A stretch of DNA of 62,165 bases, filler included, from Choristocarpus tenellus KU-1152 (lineage: Eukaryota > Protista > Phaeophyceae): the NCBI GenBank assembly GCA_964200185.2. It is 8 parts of 8 records of this genome, joined end to end, with 100 filler letters (N's around TTAATTAATTAA, not from the genome) between each part and the next. Parts side by side here need not be neighbours in the genome. Positions count along the whole stretch, not along the records: positions 31,128 to 40,693 come from CAXNAD020003571.1; positions 40,794 to 49,905 come from CAXNAD020003970.1; positions 50,006 to 57,773 come from CAXNAD020005612.1; 5 more parts are not named here. One strand, written 5' to 3'. Positions within the stretch are counted from its first letter, which is position 1, and each line of letters begins with the position of its first letter. A program made the translations under genes and the position numbers. The notes below the pieces were generated by a model that was given only the letters and a program-made list of their open reading frames with translations, was not told the origin of the DNA and did not search any database. Positions 39,230 through 51,536 of this stretch are shown in pieces.

Positions 39230-40693
39230 CTATTGCCTATAAAGACCATGATGTGAGATAATTGGTTGGAAATGTGGGATTACAACGAGGGTGTGCCGTC
39301 TGTCCAAGCATCCATCAAGGAAGGCACGTTGCAATCTCATCATCTCTCCGAACATACAATTTTTTATAGCTTTGATTGTGCTACTGTAATTCCATGTTTT
39401 AATACCTATGTTTGTGGTGTTGCTATGATTGACTAGGTGGACAAGAGTGCCGGGCATCACAACTTCCCAACCCGAAAATAGTGGTCCTCCCAGGTGCGCT
39501 CAGATGAATTTGTGGAGACAACATTGTTTTTGATTGGTGTAATGGACGGGTGAGCTGGTTGATGACGTTCTTTGCATGCCTTGCCATGAAGATAAAAGTT
39601 TTGTTGAAGACATGATTTTGAGCTCTGTGAGGGCCAGGGTTACTGAGCAATGGGTGCATGTGACCCAAATCAAAGCCCCAACACATTATGCCCTTACAGA
39701 CCTCATAGAAATGTGAAGTAGAAATCACAGTGTTTAGTACTTCGAATGTGGCCATGTAAGGGCCCAGATTATTGTATTGTAGGGTTGTTCCTTTGAGTAT
39801 GGTGCTTTGAGTGGTATCTGCAGCAGCAAAGGAATGAAGTACATCACATTGAAGCACTTTGGTTGTTGGAGTGGTTGTTTTCAGCACCTTCTCAACAACA
39901 AGGACGCTACATTAAAAAATAGATCAAACATCATCCCCCCAACTCTTCCACCCCTCCTGATTCAACCATCCGCTGTTGCATCCCCTTGAAATGTATCTGA
40001 ACAGCAACCAAAACCTTGTGTGGCTGCACGACTGGGACTTTATCAAGGATAGCACAATGAATAGATCAACTAATGACTTGGGGTGGTCCTACTCGTTCTT
40101 GGGGGTATCTACAGCAGCAGATGCTGGGACCACAGGGCAGCCTAAAGAGACAGGGCTGCTGGCCCACAATAGCAGGGCAAGACTGTGGTTTCGGGTGGCC
40201 TCTACCCGTCCTGTGGCAGAGGAGGTGGATGTAAGTTGCAAGTGTGGAACAATGTAGTACTCTGGTCCCCTTAATCCTTTTCTGCAAATGGATTGGTAGC
40301 AGTCATGAGCCTAAACAGATCTCTTGTAGACCCATTGGCTCTCTGGAAACGACCCTGAAGTATCAAGGCGGTATATACTATATTATTGAAAAGTCCTCTT
40401 CAGTTGAAGGAGATGCTTATGTTCCCACTTCTCCCTCCTACCTTTGTCTCAGTGACCTGCAACGCCCATTTCGCATGACATGCCTATCCATCTCCTGACC
40501 CTGATTGAACCTACTTGTTGTCCAGGCTGTATGGCGTGAGAGTGCGCGCCAGGGCCCAGGTATACCCTATCCACGTACCCTTCTTGCTCTGGCTGTTTTG
40601 CAGCTGGCGAACGTGGGTAAGAGCATCACCAGTGCTGCACTGGCCCATGAAGTGGCGGTCGTAACAGAGGGAGATGTGGGGCTTAGGGGCAAG
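39230..40693 (-). pseudogene. Highly decayed DIRS/Ngaro-like retrotransposon relic (CCCH-like gag piece + RT)
   Basis: LCYDRHFMGQCSTGDALTH (degenerate CCCH); RT-like segments in shifting frames: MFDLFFN, KGTTLQYNNL, HQSKTMLSPQ..AHLGGPLFS.WEVVMP, GEMMRLQRAF. Confidence 0.35.
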
Positions 40694-40793
40694 NNNNNNN
40701 NNNNNNNNNNNNNNNNNNNNNNNNNNNNNNNNNNNNNTTAATTAATTAANNNNNNNNNNNNNNNNNNNNNNNNNNNNNNNNNNNNNNNNNNNN

Positions 40794-40874
40794 GTCATAA
40801 AAAACCGATGGGAAGCCAAGCCCCAGAAATGGACAAACAGGGAAAAATCCGTACCCTCTAAGATAATTTCACTC
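40794..40874 (+). mobile_element. MITE family A, 3' part at contig start
   Basis: gggaagccaagcccc...gtaccctctaagataatttcactc. Confidence 0.85.
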
Positions 40875-41099
40875 GCATGTACAAACAAGTCCACAAAAGC
40901 CACAGTAGCGATCTGACCTATGGTAACAATTATTCTTCCTCTACCGTAGGGGTGAAGTATGTGTTCCTATAAACACTGATGGTGCATCCTCTCGTATTTG
41001 TTGGGGAAGGATATAGGGTATGTGTATATATATATTGTATAATTGCACCTAGCTTGCATATCTATGTTGATGGGTCCCCTTTACTGTAAACCCTTTCTT

Positions 41100-42615
41100 T
41101 GACCTGCTTTCTCGTCTAACCCATGATGTTCACAACCACTGCTTCTCCCCATCACAAGGTGGACAGCTCCTGGACCCTCAATTCTCGGCAGTGCTGGTGA
41201 GGAAGGAGGAAATACTCCCTGTTCCTCAAGATGCTTGGCAATCTGCTGGAGTTGCTCCAGAATGAAGCCACTGTGATCCCTAGTCATATTTGCGTTAAAA
41301 ATGAGGTAGCATCTGTTGGTTGAACTCTGAAAGTATGACTCTACACTTCACCATTCCATACCCAGGACTGTCTTTCATAATCTTTAATTGCAATTGTGTG
41401 TATATCCACAGCAGGATCATATGCCCCTTGATCGACTGCTCCACATCCCAGCTCCTCCTCAATCAGAAAGCACCATGGAGCCAAACTAAACGAGAGGTAC
41501 CCAGGTTCGACCATTTTTCATTTTAAACCTTTTTCGATCTTTTGCAAATCATCCATATTTCTGTGGATAAAGCGCTATATTTGTCTTGAGAGCATTGATT
41601 TCTCTGTTTAGAAATTTTCGACAGAGTTCAGAAAAGAGGTAATACGACGCGTTTTTAAGAAAACTAAACTTTGCACATATATGTCAACATCCTTATAATG
41701 CAACTCTGGGTACCTCTCGCGCACTTCAACTCAGAGGCCTAAAAAGGGCAACCACTCATCTCCACTGCAGGCGACTCTCATTGCGCTCAATCAGCAGTAC
41801 GGGTTTATCAGATACTCCACTACATGTGGTAGCACAACTTGCGCTGGATACAACGCTTCTAATTGTAGGGCATGTTCCACTTGATGTAGGTGTTAGAGCC
41901 ACTTCACCAGAAGAAGCGGTACCGGCAACGCAGCTGAAAAAGAGGGTTCGGTATCCTAGCTTGTTCCTTCTTTTTTTATATGGTAGACCTGCAGTAAGAT
42001 CAAGTTTGGTAGCAAAGGAAAGGTGGTGACTGAAGTGCGCGATTGGCCTTAAGTACCAGCGAATCTTCCTCTCCCATGCTAGTGTCACTCTTTGCTGTTG
42101 TCGCCAATCAAGGTACAGCATGTATTGTAATTGTAAAAAAAGTGCAAGTGTCCACAAAATCAGCGGCCTTAGGCAACTCAAGGTGTCCTCACTTGTTCAT
42201 TTTTCTTCGTAAATAGCTTTTCTAAATGGTTGCTAGTGAAGCCAGAACCACCAATCGTTTGATTCCTGACCTTTATTGAATCTCCCAGCCTCCAATTTCA
42301 CTCCTTCTTTAAAACAGTTCGAGGGTTCATTGCCACGAGGTTGAGACATCGCTACAGTAGACTCCACTGACCTTTGATCCTCTCCAAACCAAGTAACTCT
42401 TTGTCGATTATATGATCTATCATGGGTAAACTTGATGCAACCCTAATAGGTTGAGAGGAATCTGGGCACGTTACGCGAAGTCGATATTTCCAGGCACAGT
42501 GATCTTCTGTGTGCCGCAACCTTATTATCTTGTCTACAGTAGAATAGGCGTACACGCCCCCCCAACAAGTAACTCGGACACATGCGTGTAGGGACTCCTT
42601 GTGAAAAGGTTGCAT
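41100..42615 (-). CDS. Possible multi-exon gene divergent from the RING gene; product unknown
   Basis: Exon-like open segments with plausible splice sites (VASSLPMIDHIIDKELLGLERIK; GLPYKKRRNKLGYRTLFF...; DHSGFILEQLQQIAKHLEEQGVF...) next to a CpG-rich 5' region; no recognisable domain. Confidence 0.25.
41478..41732. mobile_element. MITE family C (~255 bp)
   Basis: gagccaaactaaacgagaggtacccag ... ctgggtacctctcgcgcacttcaactc; homologous ends at 56368-56624 and a partial copy near 14437-14559. Confidence 0.75.
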
Positions 42616-42993
42616 TACTCGTCTCGTGGTAAGTTTTGTGACGAAGACTTATTGGAGGTACATACTATTACTTAATACTACTCGTGTGGAAATACTATTT
42701 TGCTCGCCGTCCGCGTGTGACTGCGCAAAGAAATTTGAAAACCTTCAACAAAATTGGAAGTCCACCATCAGTGAGGTCTCTATCTCGAGAAGACTTAGAT
42801 AGAGCGATCAGGAAGGCCTGGTCCCTCACATTGGACATGAGATTCCTTGATTTCATCCCTCTCTAGCCAAATGCTAGGCTTGCCGTCTCGTGATATTAAG
42901 GGAAAAAGAGGAAACATAGTCAAGGGATAGTGGGTTCAAATTTGTAGGGAGTGACAAGAAACTACAGAAGGCCGACTCGTTGCACCTCGCAAC

Positions 42994-45900
42994 ATGTTCA
43001 CAACGGGCAAGGAGCGCGATCGGTTATTGCTGGAGAAAATAACATTGCTGAAGAAAGAACTTATTTGTGGAATATGGTGCGTCCATTCACGCTGATGGAA
43101 GCTCTTACTTTTGGCTGATATCAGTCGCCACTTGTAACCGCGATGATGATGTTGCGGTGGCGGCCATGTGCTTGCACGTTTTCTGGGAAGTCTTGCAGGG
43201 GCACGTCTACTTTTTCTCCTTTCTCTCTCGAAAGTTTGGGGGTGGTTTTTAAAATCTTCCCTCGAAACCTCCCGCTGGGGAAAGCTTCGTTGCGACCAGG
43301 CCTGCTAAATCTCCCACCCATGTTCAGCACCTGGCAACCACAATTTTGCATTTGAAAGTCTTGAATAGAAAATGCTATTTATTACCTTCTCAATATCAAC
43401 TTGGGCTGAATTTTCACTCTGCTAGATGCAAGTAATCGTGAAACGCCTGCTGTTTACGCATGTCTGGTCTCGTTTCCCATACAAGGCCAATGGCATAGAT
43501 ACAACCAGCATACCTGCCCCCCCTACCGTTCGCCCCCCTCTAATTTACTTCTCCTCAGTCAAAGATTCTTGGACGATCCCTACATACTCGAGTGTGGGGA
43601 TAACTTTTGCCACACATGTCTGGATGAAGCTCTTTCGAAGAAGAATGAGTGTCCCACGTGCCACCTGCCTACATGGCAAAAGGAGATGAACAAGAACCCC
43701 CTAGCGGTGTGTGTTTTCACTCTTCTCGTCATGTCTTCATCAAGAAGATGTTAATTAATCAAGTCCATACATCCAGTGTGACTAGTAATGATTGGGTTCC
43801 GACAACTCTAGTACAAGCAGATCAACCCATTCATCAGCGACCTGAAGTCTTCACTTGTCGTGTTTTATCAACTGCTGCATGACCAACACAAATCAGTGCA
43901 TAACGTCCCCACCTTCCTATTGAACCTTCCATGTCTTTCACTGTCAGGCGAGTGTGGTACAGGCTTTCCAAACTCTTGAGGAAGACTACCTTGCCTTGCT
44001 CAAAAGCGTGGAAACCGACGGGGAAGAGTCGGATGGAATGCCCAGCCCAAGCCCCACCAGCAGTGAGAGTTCTGGGAAACCATCACCCTCCACCTTTCGC
44101 TCAGTCACTGAATGTATCCCCCGCTTTGACCCAGGGTCTGGAGATAGTATAGGGACTGGTGCAGGGGCAGCTACAGGAGCAGGGGCTGGTGATGGAGTAG
44201 GGACTGGGACTGATACAAAGGAATCCATGAAGCCATTATTGTCTGCCCGTACAGACCTTCCATCTACCCTATCCACCTCCTTACCTGAGGCAGTTCCTTC
44301 AGGGCATGGGTTGGATGGGTCTCACTTGATGGTGCTCAAACAAGGGTTGTGTTCTCATGTGACTGCTTCACTGGATAACAACACAATGCCGGGTTCCCCT
44401 ACCTCAACATCAAAGCCCCTCAATCAGCAGCTGGTTGTTGCCCACCCACCGTGGCAGACAAGGCAAAATCCTAAACTTGAAGCATTGGGCAGCTCCACTC
44501 ACCCCTTTCATTCACTTCAAGTTCAACCGAGTAGTGGTGTGCCTGGCATGGGACATGATAGTGGTGTTGGTGTGTTCCTAGGTGATTGTGCTTCAAGTAC
44601 CACAGTTGAATTGTGCAGGGGGTTGGAAAAGGACTTGATGCATGGCTACAAGCAGGAAGTCCTGCCCACTGCGGCGATGACAACAACCCCTTCAGTGAGT
44701 GTGCCCACAGGACAAGATCCAGAATCTTCGAGCACATGTATGGAGGAGGGTTATATAAAAGCTGATTGTGGGTTTCCAACCTCGAACCCTGTTATTGGTA
44801 TTGGACTCAACTCTCCACTCAATGGACTTTGTGGAGATCTTCCACCAAAGCCGAGTGTCGTGCCAGGCCAGGGGCCTATTATTTCCTTGGCTTCAGGGCT
44901 AGGACCGGGTTTGGGGTCAGGATCAGTGTCAGGGCTAGGTCAAAGACAGACACAACGAGAGAGGATATTAAGGACTCGATGCTTTCCAACTAGTTTCCCA
45001 GACACATTTGATGCTGCTGAGGTTGACACACAGCTGCTGGCACGACCTCGGTGGGGGGTTGACGGGGCTTCTGCAGAGATGATTTCAACACCACCATTGA
45101 TTGCAAAGTCTGAGTCAGGGATTGGTACTACTCCATACAATTTAAGAGGTGTGTGTATACCCCCTGGTGATTGTTGGTACAGCAAAGACAAAGGTTCTGA
45201 CCATGACCACACCTTGAAGGGTGCTGGAGCAAAGGCTTTAAATACGTCAAGCCCCACAGGGTCCAGCACACCAACCACTGTCAAGATGGGACAATCAAGA
45301 GTCAGAGTTATGGCCAAGACCGAAGCAACGCCCAGCGAGACATCTGAAAGTAAACCTAGGAGGGGTAGATCTGGTGGGGATGGGGTTGGATTTGATTTGT
45401 TGGGTAGGGAAGGTGAGGATGGAAAGATGGTATCAGGAGAGGATGATGGAAGTAGTGAAGAGGGATATGAAAGCACAGACACAGAGGCGGACCTCAATCT
45501 ACAATGGATTGGAAGGGGGGGCAAAGCTTGTGTCCTTACGTACGGTGGGTTTGCACCAAGGTTGTGGGAGTTGAGGAGATTGTAGTGGACAAATCCATAC
45601 TATTGTTACACACAGGCCACTTTATCAAAATGCTGTAAGTGTTGCTCATCGTGCCTTGATACTAATCCCTTAGTCTTGGATCCGAAATTTTGTACATCCT
45701 GTGTGTGATTCATCAGGCAAAAGGGCTGGTGAGGAAGGTCGAAAGGAGGGGGTTGGTTCATCGAGGTGTGGAGGAGAAGGTGCACTGGCGCAGGGTGGCA
45801 AGTGCAACACTGAGGGCGATGTGGATGAGGTGACAGAGGAGGAAGAAGAGGAGTGGCCGGAGAGCCTCCCGCTGCTCTATAATGGGCAAGCAAAGGGAGG

Positions 45901-48900
45901 CACAATAGTTCTTGATTCTCAATCTGTTCCCCCAGACAATGCGACAATCATGCTCGACGGTGTGGCTTTGATGTCAGAACTGGAGCAGGGGGAGGAGAAG
46001 AGCGTGGGTTATGAGAAACACGATGTGTTAGGTCATGAGGGTGAGGATCTGAAGGAGGTCCCGCTGCGAAGGGGGGTGCAGCCAGAGGACACACGTCTGC
46101 CCGCTGATAACTGTGATGATGAGCTGAGGCTTGCAAGAGAGGAACCGCACATGCCATCTGTTGATAGCAGCTCCTATGAGGGAGAAGGAAAATCTAGTAG
46201 TGATACTAAAATATATTGTGGTAATGAAGGTGATGCCGCTGACTGCACAGTGTTGACTTCTACTTCGGTGAAGAAGAGTAACAAGAGTCCAGGGAAAAAT
46301 CCACTGTCACCTGAGGATACCTTGCAACCACAACCCTCAGCACCACTTGTGTCCCTTGCATGGAATCTCTTAGGTATTGACAACCTGTGTGAGCCTGGGC
46401 TGGGTCCAGGTCGAGGTCTTGGTTTCAGTGGAGCAGCCGTGACAATGGCGGCAGGTAGGAATGTATACGATCAGCTCAACAGTGGGGCTTCGTTGGGTCA
46501 TACTGACGGTGGAGTGCTGCTGGCCACAGCAAGATCAAGAACGCCTAACGGAAGGGGAGTGGATTGTTCACATGGAGGGCAGAGTTCTGCGCTGTTTGAA
46601 TCTCGATGTAACAAGAACCTTCTTCGAGCTTTGGAGGGAAAAGAGGGTCCCAGCAGTACTAGAAGTGGGGACAACGGTGGTGACGATTTTGCGATCGACA
46701 GGGCTCTTGGTTGTGCTATAGAATCAACAAGTTTAGTAGTGACTGTTGGTGAAAAAACGCAAATGGCCACAGAAAACGTATCGGTAGAGGATTGTGGTGA
46801 GTCACGGTGCAATGGCAATGATGCTGAAAGTGCCAAGAGTACGACTCTGCAGAAGGAAGTGCTGAAGTCCAGTGTTCGACATGACCCTACCTCGCAAGTA
46901 AGAGGCTCCTCTCATTCGGATGCGGGTGGAGCGACCGTTGGGATAACCGCAGCAGGTACTGTTTCTGACACAAATATTGATCCGGATGTGTTGTTGCCTG
47001 GGAGGGGGGGTGAGGGGCAGGAGCTCTACAATAGGAAAGGATTAGAAGCTTCCATTTCTGTGGCAATATCTGCGTGCAGAAAAAATGACTTGGTACAGAA
47101 GGAGGATCGAAAAGGTGCAACGGATGAAGGTGTTGTGGATACTGACGCCTCCGCTGAGGCAGCTGTTCTTGTCTTTTCTATCCCTCCACGGAATGACATC
47201 AAACCTGTGGGGAGTGGAGCCAAGAATGTATCTATTGCACTCTGCAGGGACTCGATGAGTGAGTCAGAAGGAGGTAGTGGTATCAGTGAAGAGGGGACCT
47301 CAATCCCCAATGACTCAAAGCATTTGGGTGTTTGCAGTGATGGGGGCAGTGACGGAGAGATTAGGCCTGGGTATGACTTGGTGCTGGACACAGCGGTAGA
47401 TAAGGTGGTGAGTGGAGGCTGTACTCTCAAGCCTGAGGGTGCACTGCTGCCCCTGCCACACACACTCAGCAAGGTTGGTTCTGGCTCTGGAACTACTGTG
47501 ATTGACTCAAACTTGTTTGCTGGGGCAATGGGTCAGGGGCATGGGTACGTTGCAGAGACTGCTGTTGAGGATACCCCAAACCAGGACTCAGGAGAGGACT
47601 TGATTGGTTCTTCCTCTTTGCATGACACGGTGACTGTTGGATTAGCTTCGTGTACTCTTGATGGCTGCAGCAGGGAGGGTGGCACCAGGAGCAACAGTGG
47701 TAGCAGCGGAGATGGTAGTGGTGCAACCATGACTGAAGGCTCTGGGTGCTCTGTGGCACATCTTGCTGAGAAAGTATTGTCAAGAGTGTCCATACAAGGA
47801 GCGACAGGGTCAGGGGTAACAGGACAAGCAGGAGTAAGGGAGTTACTGGAGTGTGAAGGAGGGTATGAAGAGGACCTTTCCATACCACCTTCACAGTATG
47901 TGCCTGAGACTGCTGTTGTGGACATGTATGTTGAGAGTGTGAGACAAGTTGGACAACCCCAAGAGCACAAGGAGGTGAAGCCTGGGGATGGGATGAGGGT
48001 CACAGGACCGAGTAGCCCAAGGGGCAGAGGGGGCCATGGAGAGCAGATTGAGAAGGGGTCAAACTCGGGAGAGGGCAGCAGGGTCGGGGGTGATGATCTT
48101 GAGCAGGGCAAGAGGCGGGAGATTAGTGGAAGTAACCAAGTTGGGAAGAATGAACACACCGCCATCAAGGGAGACTTGATGATTGAGGGTGTTACCCCGA
48201 CATATTCCCCAGTGAAAATGGAGGAAGGGGGAGATGTTGTTGTAATGGACAGTCTGCCGCAGGCAGGACATGAGTGGATGGGGGCAGGTGGAGGGAAGGG
48301 AGACTTGAGAGGTGGGGGCTCAATGAAAGGAAGGGGAAGAATTTTGCCATCTCAGCAACCTGGTGGTAGGGAGTTCTGTGGGAATGCCAGTGAGTTAGCT
48401 GGTACTGTCTCGTCTCCTATTCCTTATCCACCCAGCAGAGAAGGAGATCTCAGTCGAAGGGGGTTGCTGTTCCCCAATCGGAGTCCCTCTCTACCCCTAG
48501 ACCCTGGAAATGGAGGAGTTGCAGCTCCAGGAGGCAGTATCTGCGACCACTACAAGAATGGGGGATTAGAGACTGCAGATCTAGGCTCTTCAGGTGATCC
48601 CTCAGGGTCAGGTTTGGATGAGGGGGGAGGCGGTGGGAGGCATAGGACTACTCTTGTTGTTCCTGAGACCCAATTGCTACTTGGGGCATCTTCACCACTC
48701 CAAGGAGAGTCCCACCGGAACCATGCAGTTCCTAGAGGAACTCCACTATGTCTTTGTGGTGGATCCGGCAGTGGTTTGTTGAAAAGTGAGGTTTGTTCCT
48801 CGGATGTGACAAATCTGGCGACTGACTACTTGTTTGATAATGAAGAGGTAGTTGGAAGAGCAGGTTCAGGGGGTGGAGAAGGGACTTGTAAGGATTTGCC

Positions 48901-49905
48901 TGACAAGATAACCATATCAGAGGCAGTGCCCAACAGGCAGGGTAATCCAGTAGGTGATATCAAACCTAAGGACGGTGAAGGCGATAAGGGTGGTGGATGC
49001 AGTACCGGCAAAGGCTGTGGCGATAGCAGTGGAGGGGATGAAGTTAGAGAAGGCAAGGGCAGTGGAAGTGAATTTGAGTACGGCGGTTCAGAAGATACAG
49101 AGATCAGACCCACGATTGATGTAGATGAGTACAATGATGATGGCCTCTACCCACAGGACGAAGGCGTTGTTGATAACGAGGTAGAGGTTCGGTTGCACAG
49201 GGAGGCATGGACTGTCTGCCGTGGACCTCCATCCTCTCCTGCAACAGCCCTTGACGACAGGGCAACGAGTTGTGGGGTGAGTGTTGGGTCAAGAGTTTCA
49301 GGCACCGGGGATGAGCGTGAGATCGATGTTGAGGAGGTCGTGATTGCTGCGACGAAGAACGCCTCTTCCTCTTCTACCACTGACACCTTGTCTGGCGATG
49401 CCACTACCTCTACTGGTTGCATTGATCTTCCCCCAACACGGAAGGTGCCTAACCCTTACCAAACTGGGGGCAGTCTCTTGCGGGACGACTTGAATGACTC
49501 TCCGACTCCATCCCCACCACGGCAGCTACAATCACAACAGGTCCAGGTGCTGGCACAATCGCCGTCTCAGTGTGCCAAGCGAGAGGGTAAGGGACGGACA
49601 AACCGTCCTGTCAAGAACCCCGGCCTCTTTGGGTTCCATGCCCCATCGGCAGCATTGGCTTGCAGCAAGGCGCTTGAAGAGAGGCTTGTGGAAAAGAAGT
49701 GGGCTCAGCAAAATAATTCCATTCTCGGTGCGGGTCGAGGTGGCTTTGGCGGTGGCAGTGGGAAGTTTGGCAGCAGTGGCACCCTGTTGTCAACTGGGCT
49801 TGAGGATACTATTGCTGGGGGCGGGGGAGGGGGGGGGGGGGGGGGGAGGGCGTTTTGTGGTGGGGGGAAATTTGGTGGGGGGGGGCCGGGTCGTGGGGGG
49901 GACAA
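42994..49905 (+). CDS. BRCA1/BARD1-like N-terminal RING protein with a very long disordered region (~2000 aa visible, 3'-truncated)
   Basis: Exons 42994-43076, 43559-43706, 43948-45544 and 45717-contig end splice in frame: MFTTGKERDRLLLEKITLLKKELICGICQRFLDDPYILECGDNFCHTCLDEALSKKNECPTCHLPTWQKEMNKNPLAASVVQAFQTLEE. The RING is flanked by helices as in BRCA1/BARD1 and followed by G/S/E-rich exons of 1.6 kb and >4.1 kb. BRCT repeats are not visible. Confidence 0.8.
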
Positions 49906-51536
49906 NNNNNNNNNNNNNNNNNNNNNNNNNNNNNNNNNNNNNNNNNNNNTTAATTAATTAANNNNNNNNNNNNNNNNNNNNNNNNNNNNNNNNNNNNNNN
50001 NNNNNGTAAGTGATGTGACTTGTGATTCCCCCCCCCCCCCACAAGAATTAATATTGTAATGCTCTTGTCTCTACTGTTTCTAGGTCTATTATATTATTAT
50101 TATTATTATTACTTTTTAACATTAGAAGGTTCGGTGAGAGGATGAATGTAGTTGAGTGAAGGATTTTTTTTTTGGGGGGGGGGTAGGCTTGCCTATAATG
50201 GGAACACATGCGTAAATTCCATGCCGTGAGCTCTGCGAGCACCTTTAGAAAATTCCAGGAAGGTGATCAGCGTTCAGTCAGTGTCCACGAGATTGTATCC
50301 AATCCGATTGGGTGTAGCCTGTACCCCCTTGATGTTGGGTATCGACTGTCTTTATTTTTTTTTGTTTTATCCTGTTTGTGACTAACTACGGACGGGGGGG
50401 GATTATTAAAGTAAAGTACTTACATTTTTATTATTATTTTCACGTTTTTTGTAACGGCGTGTTGAAAAAAAATAATAAAGTCTTGAAATTGTGGGGAATC
50501 GGAATTGGAGGGAGAGGACTAAGAAGAGGTGATTTTTATTTATTTATTTATTTTTGGATGGCACTGTGACGTCATCCCCACTCCTTTTTTGGAACCAAGT
50601 TTTGGATGTGTGTAGGGATGCAGGTGAAGACAGGACTCTGCGTGCCTGGTCTGTCTCTACAGTTGTGTACCCTCAATGGGGAGAGAATGTTTGTCGTCGA
50701 GAGCATTTATTTATTTTATTTTTTTGAGGTGGGGGAGTTATGTCCTTAATCTTGTTTTTTTTTTAATGTTCAGGTGTTGTTTGCCGTCTGTGTAGACTTG
50801 GAGTGGGGTGCTTTTAAATGTGATTTTTTTGTTTTTGTTTGATGTAGATGGAATTTGCAAGCTTTACAGTGCATCTGATATATACATGGATTAATCTCCC
50901 CTTACCCCTCCCCCCCGCTCTCCAGTCTGGCGTCCAAATGTCTTCCACTCAGTACAATTCTCCACTTGACACTTTTCTGATCCTCCTCTCCCCTTTGTGC
51001 AATGGGTAAAATCACACCATATCAATTAGGAATAAACTCCAACTGTGTTCCCCTGATTTGTTTGTATTAGCCGAATAGGGTTTGAATGGTCTTCATCCCC
51101 GGCTAAAGTAATTCGATATGATCTGTTCTGAAAAGTGTGTTATGTGTTACACAGGAAGGCGTCTCTTAATTTTGTAACCCAGGCAGACTCTTGTGCTATG
51201 CCCTTGCTTCACCTTTGGTACGATAGGTACCCTTGATGGTGTTTCTATCCAGGAATTGCCCTGGTGAATGTAAGAAGAGTATCCATGTTTGCTATTGTAG
51301 TTGGGGACTTACTTCGTTTAGAGTGGTGTGTATGGATCATGGCATTGGTTGCACTGCTACTGTGATATCATTTTTTCAATTTGTTTTTCTATTTTATGTT
51401 GCACACATTACTATTTTGAACAATACCTGGTTTTGTTAGTTGGCAAGGAGGCGCACAAGGAAATCATACTTAAAAAAAATAAATGTGTATATATAATTAT
51501 AATTATGTAAGTATACAAAAAATTGTGTGAATTAAG

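Noticed and set aside
44940-49422. Numerous minus-strand ORFs of 60-210 aa
   Set aside because: Antisense shadows of the long G/S/E-rich plus-strand exons.
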